Part shown: in pieces, positions 1 to 11,379 of the stretch
Position numbering within the stretch: the first letter of the stretch is position 1
Layout of the letters: the number at the start of each line of letters is the position of its first letter
Origin: Octopus vulgaris
Taxonomy: Eukaryota
Assembly (NCBI GenBank): GCA_951406725.2
Contig: OX597814.1
Span: forward strand, 25,978,001 to 26,042,000
Reading direction: 5' to 3'
DNA: 64,000 nt
Made by a program: the position numbers and the translations under genes
The notes under the pieces: generated by a model
Database searches by the model: none
The model's input: the letters and a program-made list of their open reading frames with translations, nothing else
What the model was told of the DNA's origin: nothing

Positions 1-72
1 TATACGACACAATCTATGTCTTTATATTTTCAAACAAGGGAATCTAGCACCCCCACTCAGCTCAAAACAATA

Positions 73-117
73 TCTGTGTATCGCGATTTCCGGGTTGTTT
101 CCCTTCATCAGCACAGA
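73..117 (-). ncRNA. Minimal type-I hammerhead ribozyme motif (Penelope/retrozyme type)
   Basis: Minus strand reads UCUGUG-CUGAUGA-A-GGG-AAACAA-CCC-G-GAAA-UCGCGA-UA-CACAGA. It has a perfect 6-bp stem I, an intact CUGAUGA and GAAA core, a 3-bp stem II, a palindromic stem III (AUCGCGAU) and a UA cleavage site. Confidence 0.75.
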
Positions 118-203
118 ATAACTGTTCAGCTAGAGGTGGAACTACCAAATTCCCATTCGAAATATATAGTTTTCAAAGTGGCAACTAGTCATTGATCTAT
201 AAA

Positions 204-342
204 TTAGAAAATTACTATTTGTAAATCTCACAACATTCGTCCTAAACCAGGACTGCCATGTTACATTGGTAAATAATCTTTACTCCAAAGTACTGTTGCT
301 GAATATCTCTCATTGTGAGATTTACAAATAGTAATTTTCTAA
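204..342. repeat. Perfect 30-bp inverted repeat with 79-bp spacer
   Basis: ttagaaaattactatttgtaaatctcacaa (204-233) and its exact reverse complement (313-342). Confidence 0.9.
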
Positions 343-343
343 A

Positions 344-541
344 ATGCCAAATGTTTTCTATTTTCAAGTGAATTCACTACTAGTTTTGAAGTCTTCTTTG
401 AACAGTGAGATGTCAGTTCACATGGAAACAAAGAATGCAGTTATTAATGAGAAGTGTTGAAATTAATGCATGCAAGATTTTTCACAGCTCTAGCATCACT
501 CCTTCATAGTAAGCCAATTATCTTTACAGCCCACCCTTGTA
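344..541 (-). mobile_element. 5' terminal fragment of a mariner element (same family as 40388-41627)
   Basis: Aligns by eye with 41425-41627 (e.g. aattaatgcatgcaagattt...ctctagcatcactccttcatagt) and ends in a decayed TIR plus TA. Confidence 0.75.
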
Positions 542-2119
542 TTGTTCATCTGTAAATCTACCAGAAATCAATTGCATCTTTTGTGAACCTGTGTCTTGCA
601 TAATTAAATATCATAAGTCCTTAAGTACCTTATCATTCCTGTCGCAATTTCTCTTTTTGGCTAAGGTCAGTCACAGTCTGTTATTTTATTCATCAGTTTA
701 CTTAATAATTTATATGGAATGAAAGCATAAGAATAATTCAAGAAAGCTAAATAAAAGAGAAAGCTAAATGGGAGAGAGAAAGGAAATACTGGCTCCAGAT
801 GAGATAATTCAGAAACAATTTCACAGAAGAAACAATATATCTATTCATGACTAGTAAGAAACCATTCTCACCCAGGATGTTAAGATATCCATAAGAACAT
901 CTACTTATATATTTATTCAGTACTCTGAGTAAACATTTCATCTCTGTCTGAGATGTTTGACTTCTCTTTCTGATATCAAATTAATTTATTCCACTTTGCG
1001 GACTTTTTGTACTTACTGTTTGCCAAAGGCAGACCATCACTAGTTTCTTTGGATTCTACTGTTTCCCTTTGATAAAAATATCTACTTCTGTTTGAAAAGT
1101 TTAGCAAGAATTATTTAGAATAATCATGCAACAATATCAAAAATATATATATTTGTACATAAAAAATTGTTAATATTCCTAATATTGACTATAAAAAAAT
1201 AACTAGGATTTTCTTTACATTTCATTGCAATTCAATTCTTATAATATATTTATTAGCTTTTTTTTTTTTTTGTAAAATCAATTCCAAGTCTCCAGCTAGA
1301 TGTGAACAATTCCTTCTTATAAGTTTGGGGAAGAATGATATATTAAAAAAAAAATTAATCACCCTCTAAACACAAAGAAAACTTTTCAAAGATAGCAAAA
1401 TAAGAAAAATAAAATATCTTAAGCTTTAAGATAATTTCAAAAATGAAATAAAATAGAAAGATATAGGAAATTTCATTTTTACAAGAGAAAATTTTGCAGT
1501 CATTTTATATAAAAATAAATTGAATTTTCCCTAACCAAAATAATAGAATAAATTTATTACATTTATTTATTTATGGTAATTTTTGATTTTTTGCAAAACA
1601 GTCTTAAAACAAGATCTTTTTTTTCTTTCCCTAAATCATTGAATATCTCCAGTGTTTAAGAGTGAAGAGAAAACCAGTTGAGTTGTTGACTCCAAAGTTA
1701 GTTAAATTAAAGGTAGAAATCATCTTTCAATGCTACATCTAGGAAATGTTGTGCACATATTTTGTTGTCTATCATGTCACATTTTATATATAGTAACAGT
1801 GAGTGTAAATGTGTGCATATTTGGGAGAGAGGGCATGTAACTATACGCACATTTTCTGAGATGGTCATCATGTCAAATTGCTAGTTTTGATTGTGACCAT
1901 TAATGAGAAATTATTGATAGGATCTGAAGTGAGTCGGATTTTATCACTTAAGAAGATTTAAATAGATTTGCACCAACTCTATGTTACTGATGTTAGTGAC
2001 CAAGTAACTCTATGTTAGTGACCAAGGACAAGGTTTACAAATGTTTATGTCAGAATGGATTTCAATATAGTTTATTTTCTTATGAAATGGAAATTGGAAT
2101 GTACAAGCAATTTCCAATG

Positions 2120-2195
2120 ACAGACATCAATACAGTGAGATTGATATATATATATATATATATATATATATCAATCTCACTGTATTGATGTCTGT
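2120..2195. repeat. Perfect 76-bp palindrome centred on (TA)n
   Basis: acagacatcaatacagtgagattga-(ta)n-tcaatctcactgtattgatgtctgt. Confidence 0.95.
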
Positions 2196-2318
2196 ATATA
2201 TATATATATATATATATATAACGGGAAGCTTTATGAAAATAAACAAAAGACGAAGGCAGGTGGAAAACAAACGAACAATTGTATTAGTATGGCGCTCAGG
2301 AAATATAAATAAAACAAG

Positions 2319-2356
2319 TCTTTAACGTTTCGAGCCTACGCTCTTCAACAGAAAGA
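2319..2356 (-). ncRNA. Variant minimal hammerhead-like motif
   Basis: Minus strand reads UCUUU-CUGUUGA-A-GAGC-GUAG-GCUC-GAAA-CG-UU-AAAGA: 5-bp stem I, 4-bp stem II and palindromic AACGUU. The core deviates (CUGUUGA instead of CUGANGA). Confidence 0.55.
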
Positions 2357-2540
2357 TACACAGAGAGAGAAAAACACAGAAAGAAGGAGAGAAAAAAATG
2401 CGTGCAGTAGCTAACGAATCAACATGGCGATCTGATTTCGGCCAGAGGTCAAAGATCAAACATGAGACGCGAGAGCGAAATAAGGGGAGATAATAGGGTT
2501 GATAAAAGGGTTGAGGGACCAGCTAATAGTGCGTGGGAGG

Positions 2541-2860
2541 GGTCTGGATGTGTGTATGTATAGGGTTGGTGTATGTATTAGTATGTATAAGGGTGTGTGT
2601 GTGTGTGTGTATGAGAGAGTATTAGTGCGTAGGATTGGTCTGGACGTGCGTATGTATGGGGTTGGTGTATGTATTAGTATGTATTAGTATATATTAGTAC
2701 GTATTGGTATGTATAGGTGTGTGTGTGTGTGTGTGTGAGAGAGTATAAGTACGTATGCGGGGTCTGGACGTGTGTATGTATAGGGTTGGTGTAAGTATTA
2801 GTATGTACTAGTATGTATTAGTACGTATTAGTATGTATTAGTTGGTGTGTGTATTAGTAT
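2541..2860. repeat. Three imperfect tandem units of about 95-125 bp
   Basis: ggtctggaygtgygtatgtatrgggttggtgta recurs at about 2541, 2636 and 2761 with variable (TG)n and tattagtatg blocks. Confidence 0.85.
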
Positions 2861-2904
2861 GGCACATCATATGTGATGTGATGTGTAAAGTCATGTGGTG
2901 TAGT

Positions 2905-3180
2905 GAGGAGAAGAGGGGGAGGGGGAGAAGAGGGGGAGGGGGAGAAGATGGGAGGGGGAAGAGGGGGGAGGGAAGGGGAGGGGAAGAAGAGGGGAAGGAG
3001 AAGGGGGAAGAGGAGAGGATGGGGGAGAAGGAAGGGGATGAGGGGGATGAAGGAGGAAAGAGGGAGAGGGGGAGAGAGAAGGGGAGAGAGGGAGTGAGGG
3101 AGCAGAGGGAAGGGGAAGACGGAGGGAGGAAGAGGGAAGAAGGGAAGGGGAGTAGGGTGAAAGGATGAAGGACTGAAGAA
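2905..3180. repeat. Polypurine G/A low-complexity tract
   Basis: About 270 bp that is almost exclusively G and A on the plus strand. Confidence 0.9.
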
Positions 3181-3325
3181 GTATATGTGTAATATATGTA
3201 ATATATGTATATATGTGTGTGTGTTTGTCTATGTGTGAACACCATCAACATCATCATCAATTCACATCTGTGTTCCATACTAGCATGGGTTGGAAATATA
3301 TGTGTGTGTATATATAAATATATAT

Positions 3326-4758
3326 TTGGTAAGAAAGTTCTATCTCATTTTTGACATGATTGCTTTCAGGGTACTTTTTCAATACTTATAACAAAATAAG
3401 TATTAATTTTTACATTCTAATGCTTTTCGTGTCTTTCCAGATTTCTTCATACCATAGTGGCGAAATTTTCTAAAATGAGTTTAGATCTGACCCATATCAG
3501 ATACTGCATGATGAATGAATTCATAAGAGGCTTAAAAGCTTCTTATGGAAGTAGCTAGAAATATTTGTTCTCTTGTTTATGGAAATGAAGTTTGAAGTCT
3601 GTGGACATTTCAACAATACTTTTGCCAGTTTCACATGGGAAATTCTTCTTGCAGATTCCCATATATCTGGATTGAGTTTCTGAAAACCGTTAAGGAAAAT
3701 CGGAAGCAAATTGTATGAGAATTTGCAAAATGGTTTAATTCAAATATGTTCAAGTATCAAGTCCTCTTTCAATCATAAAACACTTTCATGAACTAGGAAA
3801 AGTGTTTAACTCTTTTGATATCAAATCTGGCTCTGTAGTCCAAATGTCTTGTTTTCATAAGTTTTGAATAAAAATCTTCCACCAAACATTAGTCACAATT
3901 TATGTTCCTAACACAAGCAAAATAATAGATAAATTTATTTTACTAAATTCTGTTATATTTAAAGTAATTCAAAGAAACACAGAGCATCTCAAAATAAATA
4001 CAGTAACGAAAGGGTTAAACTTGGTCAGTGGTTCCTTATAATCTTATTGCTTCTTGGCTTAATCTAAGAGTTGCCCTCTGCCTTTCTTTGAAGAGTAGAC
4101 TTGCTACCAAACCTTTCCTGAATAGAATCATCACAAGCAATTAAAAGTGGTTTCTCTATAATCATATCCGACAAAGGCAACAATGCCTCGCACTTAATGT
4201 AAACAGAGAAACCATCTCCAAACCAGGACTGCATTCATAAAATGTTATGCGCTTTCTTTGGTGAGATATAAAGGGTGCTGTCTATCATAAATTGTTAAAC
4301 CATGACAAAATAGTTAATGTGGAGATGTATTATCACCAATAGGAAGCAGTACACAAAAAAGTACTCATCACTGGTCAATCATAAAGTGATGTTGCTCTTA
4401 CACAATGTTGCAAGATCACATATTGTCCAAGCCACTCGGGATCAGATTATAGCACTAAATACAGAAGTTTTGTCTCATCCTCCCTACTTTCTTGACAATG
4501 TTTCATCTTACTATCATATCTTCAGACCTTGCAATATTATTTAGAGAGAAAACAGATTATTAACTGTGGCAGAGTTAAAAAAGATAGTCTCTTTGCTTAA
4601 ACTCTGAAGGATTTTACACCCAAGGGCTCAACAATTTACCAGCTAGATGGGATTCTGTTATCAATATTATCTTTAAAAATTATCTTGATTTAATATGTCA
4701 ATTAAGACCAAAGAAACACTTGTTTCTTCCCCAGCTTATAACAGAACTTTCTTCCCAA
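3326..4758 (+). mobile_element. Decayed mariner (DD34D-type) transposon
   Basis: TIR remnants ttggtaagaaagttct / agaactttcttcccaa. The transposase remnant LLLHNVARSH...VLSHPPYFLDNVSSYYHIFR (ORF 4317-4544) matches the mariner HDNARPH and HPPYSPDLAPSDYHLF motifs. Confidence 0.75.
3806..4018. mobile_element. TTAA-flanked MITE (piggyBac/Kolobok-like) nested in the mariner
   Basis: Ends are ttaa-ctcttttgatatc and gtaacgaaaggg-ttaa, imperfect inverted termini with TTAA on both sides. Confidence 0.55.
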
Positions 4759-5171
4759 CAGAAAAAAGTATTTAAAATGCACTTGGTAATTGTAAAAAAG
4801 ATTCATATACATTTACTAAAATGTTTCCACAATTTCATTTCTTGTGTGAGATGGATCTGTGATGTATTTGTCTCAATTCTCTGAAGATATGAAGTAACCC
4901 AAGACAAGAGAGACATAAAAATTGTAAATATTTATTTTGCGATAGATTTCCATATAGTCTATTTTCTTAAGAAATAAAATTAGAATTATATGCATTTTAC
5001 AACAAATATTGATTAATTCTTCAGTTTAACATTAAACTGTTTTTATATATAACTTGACATAAATGCATACATTAATATGCACACACACACACACACACAC
5101 ACATGCATGCATGCACACACATACATATACAGATTTGAATATGCATATACATACATATATATATATAATGT

Positions 5172-5484
5172 GAAGGTGCATCACTCAGTGGTTAGAGCAT
5201 GAAGCTTACAAACGTGAGGTTGTGAGTTTGATTCCCGGACCGGGCTGTGTGTTGTGTTCTTGAGCAAGACACTTTATTTCACGTTACTCCAGTTAACTCA
5301 GCTGTAGAAATGAGTTGCGACATCACTGGTGCCAAACTGTATCAGCCTTTGCCTCTCCCTTGGATTACATCAGTGGTGTGGAGAGGGGAGGCTGGTATGC
5401 ATGGGTGACTGCTGGTCTTCCATAAACAATCTTGCCCGGACTTGTACCTCGGAGAGTAACTTTCTAGGTGCAATCCCATGGTCA

Positions 5485-5487
<3 letters not shown>
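5172..5487 (+). mobile_element. tRNA-derived SINE
   Basis: A-box-like tcagtggttagagc and B-box-like gtttgattcc, then a CORE-like ttgagcaagacactt block; flanked by (TA)n. Confidence 0.8.
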
Positions 5488-5527
<40 letters not shown>

Positions 5528-5759
5528 TCTTTTCTGTACACACATTGGTCAGACAGAATTTAAGGCAGATTTTTTTATGACCAGTCGCTCTTCATTCACC
5601 AGCCCTTGATTGTTTCCAAGCAAGGTTATATTTCCCCTGAAAGTATATTCACAGAACACTAGAAACTAGTGATACCACTTGTTTCAATGATGCTTGTTTA
5701 CAACAATCACAGGATATTAAAAGAAGGAGACAAACACACACACATACATAAACAAACAC

Positions 5760-5795
<36 letters not shown>

Positions 5796-5866
5796 ATGTG
5801 TGTAAGCTGTCTAAGAGTTCATAAGTCAGAAAAAACTGCACTCGTATATCTGTCAGTAGAGTGGGC

Positions 5867-6061
5867 ATATTAATTGAAATGTGCAGTATTATATATCCAT
5901 TACAACCGATCTTACCAATCAGTTTTGCGCTAGAGGTTCAACGGAAAGGTGTGGAGTTACTTATCAGATTATTACCTAACACTCCATTGAACCCCTAGTG
6001 CAAAACCGATTGATAAGATCAGTGATAATGGATATATAATGCTGTACACTTCGATTAATAT
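5867..6061. repeat. Imperfect fold-back with arms of about 79 bp
   Basis: atattaattgaaatgtgcagtattatatatccatta...ggttcaacgga pairs with tccattgaacccctagtgcaaaacc...cttcgattaatat; mismatches are mostly transitions. Confidence 0.85.
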
Positions 6062-6189
6062 ATGTATATATGTATGTATATATGTGCTTGTTTCCCCCTA
6101 TGTATATTTATTTTATGTTTAGTATATATGTATCTTTATTTTTAGCATATATTTATATATTTTGGGCATATTTTTATTTTATTTTTTAT

Positions 6190-9100
6190 TCGGAAGTCCT
6201 GCGGTGATGGGAAGGTGGTGAAGCATGCAGACCTGACGGGTTGGAAGCATGTAGTCAGTGACCTGCACGTAGGTGGCCCATGCTAGATATAAAGTCATCT
6301 TATCACCCAAGACAGTGGTTGGATTTGGTTGCTGCATGGGTCTCTGAGCAGCTCCAATTGGAGAGGGCAGTGCTCACCTGGAGGCTGGGGAGGTTCTAGA
6401 AAAGGTGAACCAAAAATTGCCTGTCTTTCTATATCTGTTCAGTTTAGCATGACTGATGGATGTCCACCCTACGCTTGAAAAATAAAGAGACTTTTATTTA
6501 CAAAATCTGGATAGAACTTGAACATTTCATGTTGGAAAGTGCACAGTCTGTTGGATAAGAAAAGTGATTGTAGGCCTGAAAGATGCATTGCGCTTGTTGC
6601 TCATGAGCTGGACTGTTATAACATTGATATAGCTGCACTTTCAAAGCTGCACAATCAAAGCTGCACTTTCAAATAGAAGGTGATGGTGAGCTTGAGGAAG
6701 TAAGAGGTGGATACACCTTTTTTTGGAAGGGGAGGCAGAAGCAGGGACGCAGAGAAGCTGGTGTTGGCTTTGCAGTTCAATCTGATATCCTTTAGAAGTT
6801 GGAGGAGCTTCCTGTTCCCATAAATGAACGTCTAATGACTCTACAATTGCACCTGAAAGGTGGGCAGTTTGCTGCTCTAATAAGTTCTTATGCACCTACT
6901 TTGACTAGCTGTGATGAAGATAAAACTATTTTTTTACCCAGCTGAGAACCATACTTAGGAAAATCCCCAATTCTGATAAAGTCATTCTACTGGGGGATTT
7001 CAATGCCAAAGTTGGAACAGACTGGCAAACATGAAACTCTCTAGGACGTTTTGGAGTAGGGAAAATGAATAGCAGTGGTCTCATGCTACTGGAGCTTTGC
7101 GATGAACATGAACTTTACATCACAAGCACTCATTTTATGCACAAAGGTGAACACACAACAGGGTCTAAAGTTTGGCACTTGCTGGATTATGTCATCATCC
7201 ACAAGCGTGACATCTATGACATTTGTAATGTCAAGTCCTTTCATGGATTGGAATGCTGGACAGACCATAGTCTGGATGATGATTAAAGTGAAAGAGAGAA
7301 GAGGGCTTGTCAGTATTCCTAGCATCTGAATGTCCACAAGATATATGATGCTGTATTAAGGAAAGCGCTTCAGACTTGCTTGTCCAGCATTGAAAATACT
7401 GCAGCATGGGAAGATTTTTGAGACCAGGTTCTTCAATGTGCTGCTGAAACACTGGGATATGCTACTGCCAGATGCAGAGACTGGTTTGATGAAAATGATA
7501 CTGATATTCAGTGACTATTGGTTGTAAAGCACCATGCAAAATCTAGCACTTGCCAACTATAGCAGAGTAAAATCACTACTGCAACGCTCTCTCAGGAAGA
7601 TGCAGAACACTTGGTGGGAGGATCTTGCTCATGATGTTCAGGCTGCTGCTAATGCAAATGACAGCAAGAAGCTTTACCATCTTATGAAGCGAGTTTATGG
7701 GCTTAAGAGCTCCACACCAGCTCCTTTGCTTTCCAAAGAGTCTTCCACTCTATTTACGATGCTGTGCCACAAAGACCTATCATTGGCTCCTTAAATTCTA
7801 TGCCCTCAATAGATGCAGTAATAACATCAATAAGTAAATTGAATCTTGGTAGGGCACCTGGAAAGGATGGAATTTGTGTTGAGGTCTTGAGATTTGGTGG
7901 TGATACATCATACAGTCCCTTCATAAACTTATTTGTGCAGTCGGGAGGGATGGTGCAATGCCTAATGACTGGAAGGATGCACTTATTCTTCCTCTCTATA
8001 AAGGAAAAGGAGCCAGAACAATGTATGATAATTACAGAGGTATTGCTCTACTATCAGCTGCTAGCAAGGTTCTGGCAAAAATTCTTCTTACCCGCTTGAA
8101 TAGGTATCTTGTAAATGATGTCCTATCTGAATCGTATTATGGCTTCTGATCTGGTAGAGGGACAATGGATATGATTTTCACAGCAATACAGATGCAGGGG
8201 AAGTGCTATGAGGAGAATATCGATCTTATCCAGGTATTCATTGATTTACAGAAGGTCTTTGATACTTTGAATAGAGCCTTGCTATGGAAAATACTTGGCA
8301 AACTTGGATGTCCAGATTACTTTGTATCTATAATGAAATCATTTCGCAATGGGACAGAGGCTTGGGTCAATGTTGGTGGTGGCATGATGGGACTCATTCC
8401 TGTAGAGAATGGTGTCAAGCAAAGGTGACATCTTTGCCCCAACTCTCTTTTCTTTGTACTTTGCTGCTGCTTTTACTTATGCTTTTGCTAAGGTTAGCTC
8501 TCTGGGAATATGTCTCAGATATCAAACTTCTGTCCGTCTCTTTAATCTGCACTGATTTCCTGCCAATTCAAAAGTTTTCCAGTCTCTTATTCATGACCTC
8601 CTTTAAGCAGATGACTGTGACTTAGTCACTCATAGTGGATGACAAGCAAATACTTATGTATCGTATATCTGCTTCTTGCAAGGCATTGTAATGTTCCAGC
8701 CTGCACCAGGAAATTCATATGTGGAACCAGCTATCTTGGTTGAAGGAACAATTCTGAAAGTGGTAGACACTTTGTCTACCTTGACAGCACACTCAGCCAT
8801 TCTTGCTCCCTTGATGATGAAATATCTTTCAGGCTGCAGAGAGCAACTGATTCCTTCCGGTCTCTTCAGTCTCATATCTGGTCCCAGCATGGCATCACAG
8901 AGCAAAAAAGAAAATGCTGTGTACCGTGCATGTGTACTGACATCACTCCTTTACTCATGTGAGACATGGACCCTTTACAAGCGTCATGTAAAGGTCCTTG
9001 AATGCTTTCATAAGAGATGTCTCAGACACATTCTGAATGTTGGCTGAACCTTAAAAACTTCAGACACACAAGTCCTGAGGACAGCTGATATCTCGAGTAT

Positions 9101-9592
9101 TGAGGCTATGGTGCACATGCACCGGTTACATTGGACTGGGCACCTTATTAGAATGAAGGATAGCAGGATCCCTAAGCATATGCTATATGGGGAACTTGTA
9201 AATGGAAAGAGACCCTGGCAGAAACTAAGGCTGTGATTTAAGGACTGTATCAAGTCCTCATTAAAGGCCTGTGATATGCAGGAGACTTACTGGGAGAACA
9301 ATGCCTGTCATCACCACAGATGGAGGAAGTAAGTTAAGGAAGGGGGTCGACACTTTTGAGAGAGCACATATTCTGCATGAAGAACTTAAATGAGCTGCTC
9401 AAAAGCACACTGTTGGTGTAGTGAATAAGGAAAGCTTGGTCTGCAATGTTTACAGTTGTGCATACTTGTCAAGATCAGGGCTCATTAGCCACTAATGGAG
9501 CTGCAGATGCAAAATATAAGTTAGTCCTAGAGTGCACAATGTTCCTGAAGGTCAGCAATGGTCTTCCTCAGTCATAAGTGGATGGTTATCAT
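6190..9592 (+). mobile_element. Near-full-length decayed RTE-clade LINE (APE + RT), pseudogenised
   Basis: APE motifs (ILLGDFNAKVG, WHLLDYVI, CWTDH); RT motifs (RAPGKDGI, DWKDALILPLYKGKG..NYRGIALLS, FIDLQKVFD, GVKQ, LL*ADD at about 8600); RTE C-terminus (LLYSCETW, RLHWTGHLIRM..RIPK.MLYGEL). Many stops and frameshifts. Confidence 0.92.
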
Positions 9593-11039
9593 GTATATAT
9601 CCATGTATGCATAGGTGTGAATGTGTTAAATCTATCAGATTTCCTTAAACTCTTTGTAATAAGGATTCATTGTTCTTGAGTTATTCTGAGTATTCTTCAA
9701 TTAATTATAAAGTATGTCTTTTAAAACTAATAGATCACTTGTATATTTTCCACAAGCTTTCAGGTCACTAAGTTATTTCCACAACACATAGACAACTTAC
9801 ATTGATTTTGGTTTCATAATCTGTGTTACTAATGGTTTATACAACTCAGTTCTTAAACATAACTCTCATGCATTTTAACATCCCAAATATTTCCTTCATG
9901 GTGTGAGTCTTATAGATTCTATAATTGATATTTCAATGATCAGTCTCAAAGAATTTGAAGTGGCTAATACCATATATAATCTCTTCTGTTGACAGTTACA
10001 TTATTGCTTTTATCAATGTACTCTTTGTAGTGAATTTCGAGGATTGGAATAAAGAAATTATTAGATATTCCATTACTCAACAAGCAAAGGATTTATTTCT
10101 TTGAATTGATATCTATCCAGAATTTGTTGAACTGAAAATAAGATATTGTCAGTCATGTGACCTGTAATTTCAATTGGTTTTTTTAAAGAAAACCCATAAA
10201 CATTTTCCCTTAATTGATTATATGCATCTAGGAGAGGATACTTATGACAAGGCTTATATAATTTTCATTAAAATACCATAGTAGCACTCATCCCTTCTTA
10301 TGCTCAAGTCTAAGCAAGTAATTCCAAGAATACAATGAAATACTTGTGCAAAAGTAATAAGTATGAAACTTTTTGAGCTTTCTGTTATGTAATCCTGGTG
10401 TAAGTAATATGATTTTTAATAATATTGTAATTGTAATTTACAAACTTAAAAAAGTTAGCTTTCTTTAATCTATTGTAAATATTGTCTACCAGTATTGATG
10501 CAGTCAAAGATATGAAAGTCTTAGACTGATCAAGTCAAAGCTAATGTCGATCTCTCTCTATTCAAGTTACTGGACAATCAAAACTGTAATTCCCAAACAA
10601 ATGAAGCCAAATAATCTGGAAACTTATTAATTCAAAGGAAACCATAAGATGAAAAGTAATCTTCCTGTCTTAACTGTCCTCTGAATGCCTTCAGCTATCA
10701 ACCACAATGCAGATTTAGACCAAGCTGCAGTGTGATTGATTTTTTTTTTTTAATTTTCTTTGAATTTCTTTCTACCCTTTACAACTGGCCTGTTACCCTA
10801 CTTTATCTCTTTCTATTGATTTCTATTTGCAGCAACTTCAAATATTTAAAAATAGCAATAAAATATAACATCTTACAGAATGATATTCAATTTCTTGATT
10901 TGTTAAGTTAATGTTTCATGTTAAAAATATTATATATTTGGATTTCTCTTTTGGTATTAAGGGGTAAGGGTGATAAGGAAAACAAAAGCAATATCATTCA
11001 TCATCATATCACCAGTATGCTAATAATAACAATAGTACT

Positions 11040-11168
11040 AATACTGACAATGACGACGACGATGATGATGATGATGATGACAATTATGATGATGACAATT
11101 ATGATGATGATGACAAGGCTGACAATGATGACAATGATGACAATGATATCAATGATGACAATGATGAT
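11040..11168. repeat. (ATG/ACAATG)n microsatellite
   Basis: Direct reading of the sequence. Confidence 0.9.
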
Positions 11169-11379
11169 TTCTTTATTCTTTTTTTATTAATTCCCAACAC
11201 TGCCATCATTGTATTCACTGCTATCATTTTTAATATCTATGTGTAAGGAAACAATAAGTTACAGATTATATGATAACTTCACCAAAGAAAAATATTTAGA
11301 TAAGGACAAAATAACAGAAAATATTTTTAAAAATCAAAAAAAAAACAAAAAAAAAACAAAGTGAATTAGAATTTAAAAA

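Larger units (their letters stand above)
2221..2900 (-). mobile_element. Putative Penelope-like or retrozyme-derived non-coding element ending in (TA)n
   Basis: CpG-richer than its flanks, starts abruptly after the (TA)n tract, carries a hammerhead-like motif at 2319-2356 and contains internal tandem units. The right boundary is uncertain. Confidence 0.5.

Noticed and set aside
2499-3278. ORFs of 62-146 aa
   Set aside because: They are translations of TG, GA and low-complexity tracts with no domain signal.
5172-5245. Possible tRNA gene
   Set aside because: A and B boxes are present but the cloverleaf is broken and the sequence runs into a SINE body.
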